Source: the human T2T-CHM13v2.0 reference genome, Homo sapiens
DNA length: 64,000 nt
NCBI RefSeq assembly: GCF_009914755.1
Contig: NC_060933.1
Reading direction: 5' to 3' (one strand)
Shown piece by piece: positions 1 to 35,199 of the stretch (its first letter is position 1; each line of letters begins with the position of its first letter). The position numbers were made by a program, and so were the translations under genes. The notes under the pieces were generated by a model, which had not been told where the DNA came from, did no database searches, and worked only from the letters and a program-made list of their open reading frames with translations.

Positions 1-47
1 AAAAATTAGGTTAAATATTAATGTAAGGAAAAATTTTATAGAGAAGT

Positions 48-535
48 TGTATCAGTCAAGCTCCCAGCAGGAAACAGATGACACAATACAATTAGAATTG
101 ACAAGTGGTTAGTAAAGGGACGACTCACAAAGATATGTGCAGGGTATGGGGAACAGTGAAACTGTTAACCTTTTCTAAGCCTGCAGGGAAGAGTGGGGGT
201 GGTGGCAAGAATCTGGGAGTCAGAGTCATGTACAGAGGACCCCTGAGAGCCTGTGTGGCTTTCCTTTGAGGGACACAGCCAGCCTGAGGCTGCAGAGAAG
301 GAACCAGGAGAATAACTCCTCCAGCCTCACTCTCTTCCCTCCCTGTGGTCTTCTTTCCGTCAGGGGTCCCTGTTGGTTGAGCTTCACTGGAGACCAGAGG
401 GCAGAGTAGCCCCACTGAGCCAGTCTACATACAACAGCCTTGCCCATGGGTAGAGTAAAGGAAGGGTAAGTGTGGAGAGAGGCTGTGGCAGGGCAAACAG
501 GAGATGCCCCACACACAGATGTCAGTGGTCCAGTG
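48..535. mobile_element. Ancient ERVL-MaLR (MLT1-type) LTR fragment
   Basis: Starts tgtatcagtcaag...cagcaggaaacagatg and ends ...cacaca, typical of MLT termini; subfamily uncertain. Confidence 0.5.
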
Positions 536-3500
536 TAGAGCGAGTTCCCTAAAGGAGGCTGCAGACATCATTCTTTTTGGACACGTTTTGGAAATAATGT
601 AACTGCAGATTTATCTTAAAATTTGAATGTCCCTTCCAGCTGCCATAAATTCAGATGTCACAAGCAAAAGAATGAAATTCTGGTACCAAACCTAATGAAA
701 TGTGTTTTGTGAAATTCACTTTACAATAACAAGCTGCTCCTGCAAAGAGGAAATACCCAGTAATAATAACACTGTGTACATTGTATTTTCCAGTATATAA
801 AGGACTTCCATATAAATAATTTTAGGTGACTCTCTTAATAATTTTGTGAGGTAGCTGGGAAGATAGACCCACTTAATGGATGAGAAAAGTCTCACAGAAT
901 TGGCCTAAGATATCACAGCAAACAAGTGGGAAAGCCTGAATTTGAGCCATGTCTCTAGATTTCAAATTCAGATTTGAGTTTCAAGAGAAACTCCGATCAC
1001 CTGCAATGATTTTTTTTTTTTTTAAGGCAAGAGTAATTTCTTATAAGAAATATAAGAAATTCTTCCCCTTCCCAGATGTTGCTGAGTCGTCTTTGTGACT
1101 ATAATGTGCTTTGGCAGCTGATATTTTCTTGTCGTCAGTTTAAGGAGGATGCCATCTGATGAAGCTTGAGATACAAATTTGGGTCTTGGAAGTGATCCCA
1201 TTATAACCAGGTAAAAGCTAGAGGCATCCATTCTGAAGGTCCCTGTAAACCCTGAGTTCTTTATGACTCCAATATTTTGTATCCTGGAAGATGATCCAAC
1301 TTCTGAAAGAGCTGTGTCTCATATATGCCACAGTTGTCTGTGCTAGAGTAATTCAGGTGACCATTTGGCTAAGTTTGACCAGAGTTTTAATAACATAATA
1401 GTAAAGTCATATGCCGGAATAAAGTTGAAGAACAGTGAATGGCGATTTTGTATACAGTCTATGTGTACAAATGATACCCCAGGCCTTCCTTCTGGGTTTT
1501 GCAGGAGTGGCATTCTAATGATTTGACTTTGACTTGTACTTGGCAGCCCCTCCAGTATAGGAGGGAAATGAAGCCTACCAGGCAGTGACTCCCTGGAGCA
1601 TTCTCTCAGCTTGTCTGTCAGTCAGACATTTTAGAAGTAGCCACATTCATTGTATGATCTCAGAATCCTGCCTTGACTGCTGGATTTAGGATTTTCTTTT
1701 TAAAAATAAGGTAAGTATGTTTTATATACAGTCCTGTTCCAGATTGCAAGTGTTCAGTTAGCTAAATTTTGACAATTTGAATAATGCATGTAACTACCAC
1801 CCAAAACAAAAGGTAGAACATTATCACCCCAGAACATTCTTCCGTGTGTTTCCAGTCAATCTCCTCCTTCCCTGCCCTCCTCACAAATAGGCAATCACTC
1901 TTCTAATTTCTATCAGTATAGATTATTTTGTCTATTCCTAAACTTTAAGTAAGTGAAATCATACAGTATCTGGCTAATTTCACTCAATGCAGTTTTAAAA
2001 AATTGATACATAATATATGGACATATGGGTTAAACGTGCAATTTTGTTACATGGATAGCAACAAAATAATGATCATATAATGATCAAATCAGGGTATTTA
2101 GGATATCCCTCACCTTGAGTGTTTATCATTTCTATGTATTGGGGACATTTCAAGACTTCTAGCTATTTCAAAATATGCAATATATTTTTGTTAACTATAG
2201 TCACCCTACTCTGCTTTCAAACATTAGAACTTATTCCTTCTATCTAATTGTGTTTGTATCCATTAACCAACCTCTCTTCCTTGATCCTATCCCCCACACC
2301 CCACATGCACCCATCTCAGCCTCTGGTTACTATAATTCTACTCTCTCTCGATGAGATTAACTGTTTAAGCTCCCACATGTGAATGAGAACATGTAATATT
2401 TATCTTTCTGTGCCTGGCTTATTTCCCTTAACATAAGGGCCTCCAGTTCCATTCAGGTTGCTGCAAAATAACAGGATTTCATTCTTTTTTATGGCCAATT
2501 AAACATTTCAATGTGTATATATACCATATATTATTTATTCATTCGTCTGTTGATGGGCATTTAGGTTGCTTCCATAACTTAGCTATTGTGAATAGTACTG
2601 CAATAAACATAACGGTGCAGGAATCCCTTTGATATACTGATTTCTTTTCTTTTCCATAAATATCCAGTAGTGGGATTACTGGATCACATGGTAACTCCAT
2701 TTTTATTTTTTGAGGAATCTCCATACTGTGTTTCATAATGGCTCTACTAATTGACATGCCCACCAGCAATGTATAACAGTTCCTTTCTCTGCACATCCTC
2801 ACCAACAGGTGTTACTTTTTGTCTTTTTGATAATAGCCATTCTAACTATAAGATGTTATCTCATTGTGGTTTTGATTTGTATTTCCCTGATGATTAGTGA
2901 TGTTGTGCGCTTTTTCACAACCCTGTTAACCATTTGTATATCTTCTTTTGAGAAATGTCTATCCACAATCTTTGCCCATTGGTACAGTTGGTAATTCCAA
3001 CTGGGGTTTTTTTTTTTTTTTTGCCATTGAGTTGTTTGAGTTTCTTGTATATTCCGGTTATTAGTCCCTTGTCAGATGAATAGTTTGTGTTTTCTCTCAT
3101 TCTACAGGTTGTCTCTTCACTCCGTTGATTGTTTCCTTGGCTTCACAGGAGCTTTTTAGTTTAATATAGTCTCATTTGTCTATTTTGTTTTTGTTGCCTG
3201 TGCTTTTGAGATCTTAGCAATAAAATCTTTGCCTAGACCAGTGTTCTAGAGTATTTTCTCTATGTTTTCTTCTAGCAGTTTCCTAGTTTCAGGTTTTATG
3301 TTTAAGTCTTTAATCCATTTTGAGTTGATTTTTGTATATGTTGAGAAATAGGGGGTCTAGTTTTTTCTTCTGAATATGGTTATTTAGTTTTCCCAGCATC
3401 ATTTATTGAAGAGAGTGTCTTTTCTCCAATGTATGTTCTTGGTGCCTCTGTTAAAACTCAGTTGGCTATAAATATTTGGATTTATTTCTGGGTTCTCTAT

Positions 3501-3540
3501 TCTGTTCCATTAGTCTACATTTTTAAAATTTTAATTCAAC

Positions 3541-3849
3541 TTAATTTATTTATTTTGAGACAGGTTGTTGGCCTGTCACCCACGCTGAAGTGCAGTGGCA
3601 TGAACATAGCTCACTATAGCCTTGATTTCCCAGGCTCAAGCAATACTCCCACTTCAGCCTCCCAAGTAGCTGGGAATACAGGTGCACCCCACTACACCTG
3701 GCTAATTAAACAATTTTTTTTTTTTTTTTTTGTAGAGACAAGGTCTCACTATGTTGCCAAGACTATCTTGAAGTCCTGGGCTTGAGTGGTCCTCCCACCT
3801 CGGCATCCTAAGGTGCTGGGATTACAGGTGTGAGCCATCACACCTAGTC
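3541..3849 (-). mobile_element. AluJ-type SINE
   Basis: Antisense dimeric Alu with poly-T head and central T tract. Confidence 0.9.
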
Positions 3850-4216
3850 TATATATTTGTTTTTATAGCAGTACCATGCTGTTTTGGTTACTATAACCTT
3901 TGAAGTCAGGTAATGTGATGCCTCCAGCTTTTCTCAGGATTGCTTTGGCTCTTTGGGCATTTTTTTGGTTTCATATGAATTTTAGGATTTTTTTTCTATT
4001 TCTGTGAAAAATGTCATTGATATTTTGATAGGGATTGCAGTGAATCTTTAGATTGCTCTGGGGAATATGCTCATTTTGATAATATTAATTTTTCCAATCC
4101 ATGAACATGGGATGTATTATTATTTATTTTTGTCTTCTTTCATATCTTTCATCAGTGTTTTTAGTTTTCTTTCTAGAGGTCTTTTACCTCCTTGGTTAAA
4201 TTTATTCCTGGGTGTT

Positions 4217-4556
4217 TTATATATATATATATACACACATATATATAAATATATATATACACACATATATATAAATATATATATACACACATATATATAA
4301 ATATATATATACACATATATATAAATATATATATATATACACATATATAAATATATATATACACATATATATAAATATATATATACACATATATATAAAT
4401 ATATATACACACATATATATAAATATATATATACACATATATATAAATATATACACACATATATATAAATATATATATACACATATATATACACATATAT
4501 ATATACATATATACATATACACACACACATATATATACACGTACATATATGTATAT
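4217..4556. repeat. TA/CA-rich minisatellite, ~22-24 nt unit (atatatacacacatatatataa)
   Basis: Tandem array seen directly; the source of the YIYI pseudo-ORFs. Confidence 0.95.
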
Positions 4557-5447
4557 TTGTAGCTATTGTAAATGGGATTGCCTTCTTGATTTCTTTCTCA
4601 ATTCATTTGTTGTTGGTGTATATAAATGCTACTGATTTTCTAAACGTTGATTTTGTATCCTGAGACTTTACTGAATTTATTTATCAGATTTAAGAGTCTT
4701 TTGGGGGAGTCTTTAGATTTTTCTAGCAGTAAGATTATGTCATCTGCAAAGAGGAACAATTTGACTTCCTCTTCACTAATTTGGATGCCTTTTATTTCTT
4801 TCTCTTTCCCGATTGCTCTGGATAGGACTTCTAGTACTGTGTTGAATAGAAGTAGTAAAAGTGGGCATCCTTGTCTTGTTCCAGTTCTTAGAGGAAAGGC
4901 TTTCAGCTTTTCCTCATTCAGTGTGGAGTTAGCTGTGGGTTTTTCATTTATGGTCCTTATTATGTTGAGGTATGTTTCTTCTATGCCTAGTCTGTTGAAG
5001 GGATGTTAAATTTGATGATCATGTGCTTTTTGTCCTTCATTCTCATAATGTGATGTATCACATTTATTGATTTGGGCATGTTGAACTATCCTTGCATGAA
5101 TGGGACAAATTCCACTTGATCGTGATGTATATCTTTTTGATGTGCTGTTAGATTCAGTTTGCTAGCATTTTATTGAGGATTTTTGTGTCTATGTTCATCA
5201 GGGAGATTGGATATTTTCTTTTTTTGTTGTGTCCTTGTTTGGTGTTGGTATTAGGATAATGCTAGCTTTGTAAATGTGTTAGGGAGAATTCCCTCTCCTT
5301 CAATTTTTTGGAATAGCTTGAGGAGAACTGGTATTAGTTCTTCTTTATCAGTTTGGTAGAATTTGGCAGTGGCTTCATAAATTATTTGCAATTCTTCTGC
5401 ATGGGAGATTTATATTTAATTTTTAAGAAACTGACAAACAATTTTCT

Positions 5448-6226
5448 TTTTTTTTAAATTATACTTTAAGTTCTGGGATACATGTGCAGAACGTGCAGGT
5501 TCGTTACATAGGTATACACATGCCATGATGGTTTGCTGCACCCATCAACTCTCAACTACATTAGTATTTCTCCTAATGCTATCCCTCCCCAGGACCCCAC
5601 CCTCGGCAGGCCCTGGTGTGTGAAGTTTTCCTCCCTGTGTCCATGTGTTCTCATTGTTCACCTCCCACTTACGAGTGAGAACATGCGGTGTTTGGTTTTC
5701 TATTCCTGTGTTAGTTTGCTGAGAATGATGGTTTCCAGCTTTATCCATGTCCCTGCAAAGGACATGAACTCATTCTTTTTTGTGGCTGCATAGTATTCCA
5801 TCGTGTATATGTGCCACATTTTCTTTATCCAGTCTGTCATTGATAGGCATTTGGGTTGGTTCCAAGTCTTTGGTATTGTGAATAGTGCTGCAATAAACAT
5901 ACGTGTGTGTGTGTGTCTTTATAGTAGAATGATTTATAATCCTTTGGGTATATACCCAGTAATGGGATTGCTGGGTCAAATGGAATTTCTGGTTCTAGAT
6001 CCTTGAGGAATCACCACACTGTCTTCCACAATGATTAAACTAATTTACACTCCCACCAACAGTGTAAAAGTGTTCCTATTTCTCTACATCCTCTCCAGCA
6101 TTTGTTGTTTCCTGACTTTTTAATGATTGCCATTCTAACTGGCATGAGATGGTATCTCATTGTGTTTTTGATTTGCATTTCTCTAATGACCAGAGATGAT
6201 GAGCTTTTTTTTTTTTTTTTATCATA
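5448..6226 (-). mobile_element. 5'-truncated L1PA (about L1PA8-like) 3' end inserted into an older L1M
   Basis: ttatactttaagttctggg 3' terminus; target-site duplication tgacaaacaattttct (5432-5447) / tgacacacagttttct (6227-6242). Confidence 0.85.
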
Positions 6227-6242
6227 TGACACACAGTTTTCT

Positions 6243-6670
6243 AAAGTGGTTGTGCCACCTTATACTTGCACAAGCAGTGTCTGAGAGTCCAAGTGTTCCT
6301 CATCCTCACCAGCACTTGGTTTTGTCAGTCTTTTACATTTTAACCATTCTAGTTGGTGTGAAGTGGTATCTCATTGTGGTTTTTACTTTGCACTTGTGAC
6401 AACTAATTATTTGAAGACCTTTACATGTGCTTATTGGCTATTCTTATATTTTTTATGTGTCTGTATGAAATGTCTATTTAAGTCTTTTGCCCCAATTTTT
6501 AATTGGGCTGCTTGTCTCTTTATTATTGATTTGAGGAGTTACTTGTATATTCTGGACACAAGTTGTTGTTTGTTCAATATATGCGTGAAAATATTTTCTA
6601 CCAGTCTGTAGCTTGCCTACTATTGATTTTCCTAACTGTGTCCTTCAGTGGGCTGGCTTTAAGATTTTAG
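6243..6670 (-). mobile_element. Old L1M fragment (host of the L1PA insertion)
   Basis: Degenerate antisense L1 ORF2/3'UTR sequence continuing from ~5420. Confidence 0.65.
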
Positions 6671-8111
6671 TGAAGAGATTTTGGGTTCAGTGTTAGGAGT
6701 AATGGGCCCTCACCCATTTTATAGTTGATAATGTTAATTTTTATTGGCGTACTGATGGGCATTATAACCACACTTTTTTTTCAAGGCATTGTATATTATC
6801 ATAAAAGAAAATTTCCAAGGGAAAACTCGAGACTTTTCCATAGTAACAGTGATTGTGTTATTGGGCTTAAGGATTACAGATATATTAGATCTCTTTGAGT
6901 AGCAACTGCTAGTGTGTAATAGAAGCCCATGTGGGAAGATCAAGTCCTGTCCTTTGCCAATTATGTATTCTCCTTTTCCAAGAAGCTGTGGCATAATCAT
7001 AAATGATACAGTGCAAGAGGGGACATATTCTATATGCTGCCCAAGTCAAGTCCAATAGACACTGGGGAATCCAGCCTGGGAAACAGTAACAACAGCAGCT
7101 TCCATTAGTATTTTCCCCAAGATCTGATGACAGGCTGCATCCAAATTAACAATAAAAGGAAAGAAGCCAAACTTCTCTTGGAGAGAAGAAGGAATTCCCC
7201 CTAGGTAAAGTGGCATCATGTGATATTAAACATTGACTCATAAAATGGGTCTCGGGAAATGCTTTCAAGCTTGACTTGGAATAACAATAGTTAAAGAACA
7301 GGGTTTCTCCCTTAGAGTTCATATGTGAACTTGTTTACCAGCCAACTCTGACATATCAGCTACTTGAATTGATGCTTTGTTCTAACGCTGATAATTATTG
7401 CCTCTAATCTTTTATATTTGCTTTTATATTTGCAATAAGATTTTGATTTTCTTAATAATCATGGCTCTCAAGTTGAAAAGCCTGCATAATCTCTAACTTG
7501 TACTAAGTAAATACTGGCTTCTCAGTTGACTACTATCAATTTTTTAATTATTTGGAGTAATATTTGTAATAATTAACTTTAGAGAAAAGCACATGGAAAA
7601 TCTTTGTGTGCATATTCTTTAGTACCTAAAGTGTTCAGAACTGAAAAAAAGACCCATTTTTATGTCCATTTACATACTGTGATTTCTGGATAGTAAAGGC
7701 TCTGAGCTCCTTGATGTCCCTGTGTTTCACTTATATTCCAGAGTTCTGTATTTGTTTATTTGCTGCTGATCCCACAAAACTAAAGGAAAAAAAATAAGAG
7801 TGGCTCAAGGAGGAAATAGCTAGGGCTTAGTGTAATGTGTGGGTGGAAGATAAGGGAGTAAGAATTATTTTCAAAGAGAGAAAAATAAGGACTTGAGGTT
7901 ATTGAGAAGACTTAAGAGTCAGTGGCATCCCTCAGCACAATTTTAAGAAGTCTAAAATGTGAAAAAAAGTTTGTACATTGAAAACACGGTTCTGATCTTT
8001 TTTTAAAAAAACATTCTCTTGGAAGGGAATATGAGTTTTTAAAATCAGGTAAAACTCTGTCTGAATTTAGCTGTTATCTTTTACTAACTGTCCATTCTCT
8101 TGCCATTTCAG

Positions 8112-28406
<20,295 letters not shown>

Positions 28407-29065
28407 ACCCTGGAAGACAGAAGGCCACTCCAAGGGGAAGGATCCCTCTCCTCTCTGCCATTTCTTGGCTGGGAGCTGTGGTCCACCTCAAAAAAAAAGG
28501 AGCACTCTGGAGGACACGTTTTCCCACCTGTTGGCTCCCGTGTCTGCTGACTGAGGGCATTCAGGAGTAAATGCACAGGTCGGTCCAGGCCCGTCTGGGT
28601 TTGGGATGCACTGAGTTGGAGGTTATGAAAGCTTTGATCCTCTTCTTCCTCTGCTGGGCCTCGCAGCATTCCCAAGGGTCACATGCCCTGGCATGGGCAG
28701 AAACTGGGCTAATGATTCTTTGCCCACTTCACCCCTCGTGTCTCTCTTTGTTGCTAAGTTCTTTCCCTCTTGGAAGGACAGATCTGCCGGGCTGCTATTT
28801 ATAGTTGCCTTTGGCCTTTCACTGCTCTGCGATTTGGCAGGAAATAAGGCGATTAACCCTATGTGTCCACAAGCCTCAAGCCTTGTTTCAGGTCACCCTC
28901 AAATCACACTCTCTTTAGGCAAAACAGGAAACTTCTTAAGTGACAAATTTTAATGCCAGACATTTAAGGAGAGGATTATTGTTGATTCCATTTACTCATG
29001 CTTGCAAAACTAGAGACCCCTAAGGCAGAACTGAGAATAAACATGTTTACTTTGGGCCACTGGGC
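28407..29065 (+). other. ENTREP1: ENTREP1 3'UTR (end approximate)
   Basis: Runs from the stop codon to the first AATAAA at 29036, followed by a GU/U-rich downstream stretch. Confidence 0.75.
29036..29041 (+). terminator. Polyadenylation signal AATAAA (further AATAAA at 29174 and 29182)
   Basis: Canonical hexamer with GT-rich sequence ~25-50 nt downstream. Confidence 0.75.
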
Positions 29066-29569
29066 TTGATGTGTAATATTTGTTATTACATGTATCCTTC
29101 GGGCTGTATCGTTCATTCAGCAAGCACTTGGCTGGATGGCTTCATGGAGCTGCCTTCTCATGGGATCACGGACAATAAATCAATAAAGTAATTACAGATT
29201 GGGGATTATTGCTGAAAAAGAGCAATAGGTGGTTAGAGGGGCTTCTTCTTCGAGGAAATGGCACTTGAGCTGAGTCACGACTCAGTGGATCAGGGAAGAA
29301 TGTTCCAGGTAGAGAGAGAGGGGCGAAGAACACCAGAGGCCACTGTGACCACAGCCCCGAGTCAGGGCAGCGGTGGGCAGTAGCTGCACAGGCTGCCTGT
29401 TGTGCTAGCAATGAGATACTGTTGAGGAGTTTTCAGCAGAAGAGTGATGGATGTCAGCATATTTTCAAAAGATCACCATGCTGCATGGAGAATAGTTTGG
29501 GCCAGACATGAGTGGAGGTGAGGAGTTGAGTAGAGAGGTTACATAGGAAATGGAGTACTGCTTCTTGCT

Positions 29570-29775
29570 GGGCACTGCCTGTGCACCAGCTACTATGCTA
29601 AGAGCTTTGCACACACTCCTATTTTGTGCTCATGACAGCATAGGCGGTGGAAGCTATTATTGTCCCTATTTGACAGATGTGGAAAATGAGGTTCAGTAAT
29701 TTGCGCACGGTCCCTCCGCAGCTAAGGGGTGGAGCTGCCATTCACACCCAGGCAGTCCAACTCCAGAAACTGCTC
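29570..29775. mobile_element. MIR SINE
   Basis: tattattgtccctatttgacagatgtggaaaatgagg core. Confidence 0.7.
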
Positions 29776-32700
29776 TGTTCCTCGACCTCCCAAACATGAA
29801 ATTGGTTTGCCATTTCATGCTTCTGTGAGAAAGGGCTGTTAAGACTTCTAGCTTGCCTCTCCAGACCACAGATTTCCTGGGTCCAAGCCAACGAACCATG
29901 CCAGAGTGGGAACTGTGGTGGGGACAAGGGATGGAGGAAAGGAGGGGAAAGACACTGGTGTGGAGGTGCTGAGCTGCGGTGGGAAGGGGGCTGTGGAAAC
30001 AGCCCTAGAAATGGGAGAGATGGAGGGCTGTGAACAGGCTGGGGTCAGGCCCCTTGCCTGGGGTCAGCTCTGTTTGGGGAAGATCTACAGTGACATCTCA
30101 GAATGACATTTTCTCCGTTCTTATCCGCCCATTCCCAGAAACTGAATTCCCCTTCAGGCTCATGATCTTTCCATTTCTCTAGGAGTCCTCCTGTCAGCAC
30201 CATAGCTGTCCAGTGGGGTCTGGCCCACTGCCCGGGGTAAGCCCTTGCCCTGTTTGAGGGCCTCACCGTAGTTCTCCAACATTCCGTGGACTGCCCATGC
30301 GGCCTAGTCTAATTTCTTCTCTCCTTCACAGCTCCTTGTGTACCCCCAAACTGGTTTCTCCAAGTGAGGCCCCACAGCAGTTAGCCAACCACTTTGTCCC
30401 ACTCCTGTAGCCAGGCAAGAGAAGGGACTGGCCTTTCCTTCCCTCACTCAGGCCTGGCTGTGCCTTTCTCACTGCTCTGGAATCTTTTTTTTTTTTTTCC
30501 CAGCTGCATCCCTCTCCACCTTCCCTTCTGAACCCTATTGCTCACCTCCACCTGCCACCGCAGGCCTCCCTGTGTACCTGAAAGGCTCAAGGAAGACAGG
30601 TGGGCACCACAAGTGTGAACAGTGTCTGGCTTCTAGCTTTGGGGGGACAGTCACAGAGATGGCCTCAGCCATCCCGAGGAATGAGAAATTGCCAGCGACA
30701 ACTGGAAGAGGAAAGGAGGCATAAAGCCTGAGAGCATCAGTTAGATGGACACCAGGAGCAAGGGGGGGCCTGTCTTAGCTTCATGGAATTGTCCCTGCAA
30801 CTTCAGAAATGGCGAAATCTGAAAACCTATTTCTGCCTTCCTTCCCTGACTTTAAGGAGTATTAAAGTAAAAAAAAAAAAACACAGAAACATATATATAT
30901 ATAACAATAGTTTACATATATTTAGCATGGGAGGGAACTCAGAAGTCATGTGATTTATCTCCTTCCTAGTTCATCTGGGTAGTAATATACTTTTAAATAC
31001 TTAAGCATTAATAATGATACACATGCTCATAGGTTAACTGAACATATATAGCGAGGGCAGCTGTTTCGCCTTTGGAGTTCCTTAGGAATCCATAGTCCAG
31101 TGGTTTTAACAAAGCATTTCAAATGTGGTTATCAAAATTATACCAGAGGGTTGATTAATTAGCATAAGGGATGTTTGAAATAAGTTTTTACTGGTGAAGT
31201 AAATAATGTTCACAATATGTGGCCAGCTAGGAGCACTGCATAGTCATTGTTGCCTCTGTCCCAATGAGGCATCAGAATCTGGTCCCCACTTTGTGAGATT
31301 GTCACAGGATGGACTGAGATTCAAGCTGCTCCTTCAGAACCCCAACCTTTCAAGCAAGCTACGTATCTGAGAATCTGAGGACAGCTAGGACTTCCCCAAG
31401 CTTACAAACTGTTTTGTGCAGCCTTGCCAATGAGCATGGCTGGCTGGCAGAATTGCCCAAGACCTGCTTTCATTGGAGCATCTTGATGGTGAGGTTTGGA
31501 GGAGGAGTCTATGGCCCCTAATTTCCAGACGCTGCCTGTATTTGTCAAAAGAACCAGACATTTGCTGAACTGTCTAATTGGGTAGGTCAGATCATGCTAC
31601 CCCCTCAATTTGCAGGAAAGGAAACTGAGGCCCAGTGCTAAGAATGGGGCAGGGGTAAGAGACCAGCACTTCTGGCTGGAGTTAACCTTTGGTGTCGTCC
31701 ATTCCATGAATTTGAACAATGCATGATGACCTGTATCCACCACTGTAGTAGTATACAGAGTAGTTCCACTGCCCTAAAATCCTCTGTGCTCTACCCAGTC
31801 ATGCCTCTCTCCCCTAACTCCTGGCAACCACTGGTCCTTTGACGGTCTCCATAGTTTTGCTTTCTCCAGAATGTCACACAGTTGGAATCAGATACTATAC
31901 AGCCTTTTCAGACTGACTTCTTTCACTTAGTAATATGCATTCAAGTTTCCTGTATCTTTCCATGGTCTGATAATCCATTAAAACCCTTGAAAAGTTATTT
32001 GATTCAATAGTCATAAAAGTACTCTATCATGTTAACATCTCAAAGCACTTACCCTCATTTTCTGAATTTACTCATGTCAGGGACCAGGGAAAAACAGGTC
32101 TGCAGCCCACACTGGATTAGTGTTCACCTGGGTTCCCACTCTAGACGGAGTCTCCCAGTTTCATTTGTCCTGTGTGATAGGCCCTGGGGACACTGATGAA
32201 GAGGACTGGGAGGTAACAGGTGGGGACCCCCTCTTCCCTCTGCACCCGTATCTGTCTCTGAGGCTACCTGTGAGCTTAGGCCCGTCCTCACAGCGAGACC
32301 CACGGTGTGAAGATCCAAGGCTTTGGCGAGTCGCTCAGGATTAGGAAGAACTGGCAGAGGAAGGAGGGGGCTGCAGCCAGGCCTCCACCCAGTGGGAGTG
32401 GAATTCTGGAAGCAGAACAAAGGGGCCCATTTCCACCTCCCCCCAGGCTGCTGTAGGATGCAGAGGAGGACAGTGGGGCAGGGAGGGAAGGGCCCAGGAC
32501 AAGGCCATCTTTGTTTCCGTGTTGTTCCTCCCTGAGGCCTCTGCAAGGAAAGCCAAGTCCGAAGTCAAAAGACGCCACTTTTCTTCCACTCTCTCTCCGC
32601 AGAAGCCTTCATCCTCTCATTCACTCAACAGGTATTTATGGAGCTCCAGGGTACCAGGCTGTGGGCCAGGGGCTGAGGGTAGAATGCAGAGCAGGAAGAG

Positions 32701-32926
32701 GGGACACACAAATCACAAATTACAAATGCAAAGCCATTTTCCTCTTGGCTGCTGAACCGTGCCAAGGCCCCAGCAAGGAGGAGGAGCCAAGAGAGGGTGA
32801 CTTTGAGACCAACAGGTACACGCCTGGTTTCTCAGAGGCTGGCGTGAAGGCTCCCTCATCCCTGATTATCAAACAGGCTCACGTGGCAGATGGTTCACCA
32901 TCCTGGGAATTCTTGATGAAAAGTTA

Positions 32927-33617
<691 letters not shown>

Positions 33618-33980
33618 GGCAGGGTGCAATAGCTCATGCCCATAATCCCAACACTTTGAAAACTGAGGTGGGAGGATCACTTGAGTCCAGAAGTTCAAGA
33701 CCAGACTGGGCAACATAGTGAGACCCCATCTCTACAAAAAAGTGTAAAAATTAGCCACGCGTGGTACATGTCTGTAGTCCCAGCTACTCAGGAGGCTGAG
33801 GTTGGAGGATCACTTGAGCCCAGGAGGTTGAGGCTGCAGCGAGCCATGATTCCACTGCACTCCAACGTGGGTGACAGAGTGAGACACTTTCTCAAAAATA
33901 CAAAAAAAAAAAACCAACACCAAAAAACAAAACAAAACAAAACAACCAACAACAACAACAAAAAACATCAAAAAAAGAAA
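33618..33980 (+). mobile_element. AluJ-type SINE with (CAAAA/CAA)n tail
   Basis: Dimeric Alu; TSD aaagaggactcag (33607 and 33979). Confidence 0.88.
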
Positions 33981-34718
33981 AAGAGGACTCAGAGGAGCCT
34001 TACTCAAGTTTGGTCAAGGGGTGAGTGTGTCAGACTCCAAGGAGCATCTCCGTTTCTGAGTGGGAACTCTCATGACACTGTGTCCCTTGCCTCAGGCTTG
34101 TCACTGTCTAAAGAAAAACGCTCCTTTCATTCCAACAGCTGGCAGGATCTCTGTTTTGCCCTAACAAAGAAGCTAGAGCCAAAATTCAGGATGAATCATC
34201 GTTCTTCTCTGGCAAAGTGGCTGTAGGTCCCAGGTCTATGGAGGCTTTCCCAGAATCTTTTAGATACTGTTCATGAATTCTGATCCAAAAGGAACATTTC
34301 ATAGTGCGGGCAGGATCACATATTAGGCAGAAAACAATTCCAAGCAAGGAGAGTTGCTGGGATTATTCTGCTCTGGTCGCAAGCTGTTTCTCCCGCCGCA
34401 CTGTATCTGCTTGGTGGAGACAAGCAGGTGTTCAACAGTAATCATACACCAAAATATGAGAGGTATCAGGCATGGGGGCCTCTCTCCTCATTTTGTAGAT
34501 GAGGAGACCAACATCCAGAGTGGTAAACAAATTTGCTTTGTCTCATACGAGCTGCAAGTGTCAGCATGCCACAACTTTAGCCTGTGTCTCCTGCCTTCCA
34601 TTACAGCAGACTGCTTGCTCTTCTCTAGACTGCCGTGGCAGGGAACTATGGGGAGGCGAAAGAAACACACCACTGGAACTCATAGGGAGCTGAAATGGTA
34701 ACACCAGTGTGTCACTTA

Positions 34719-35081
<363 letters not shown>

Positions 35082-35199
35082 TTATTGTGAGCCCTTCCAG
35101 AGCTGTCTTATTAACTTAGTTCAAGTAATCTTCACAATAGTCTTCACAATTCTTTACCAATTCTTATGACTCTACTTGATTTCTCTTGTTTAATTACAT

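Larger units (their letters stand above)
1995..5372 (-). mobile_element. Truncated older LINE-1 (L1PB/L1MA-type) 3'UTR and ORF2 remnant, interrupted by an Alu and a TA-rich repeat
   Basis: Minus-strand ORF2 C-terminal peptides (MFIAVLFTIAKLWKQPKCPS; 2539-2805) and recognisable antisense L1 sequence. Confidence 0.85.

Noticed and set aside
4067-4546. Several overlapping Y/I-rich ORFs
   Set aside because: Translations of the TA/CA minisatellite; not coding.
33681-34226. 181-aa ORF, and similar ORFs at 46856-47497 and 32924-33247
   Set aside because: Alu-derived translations.
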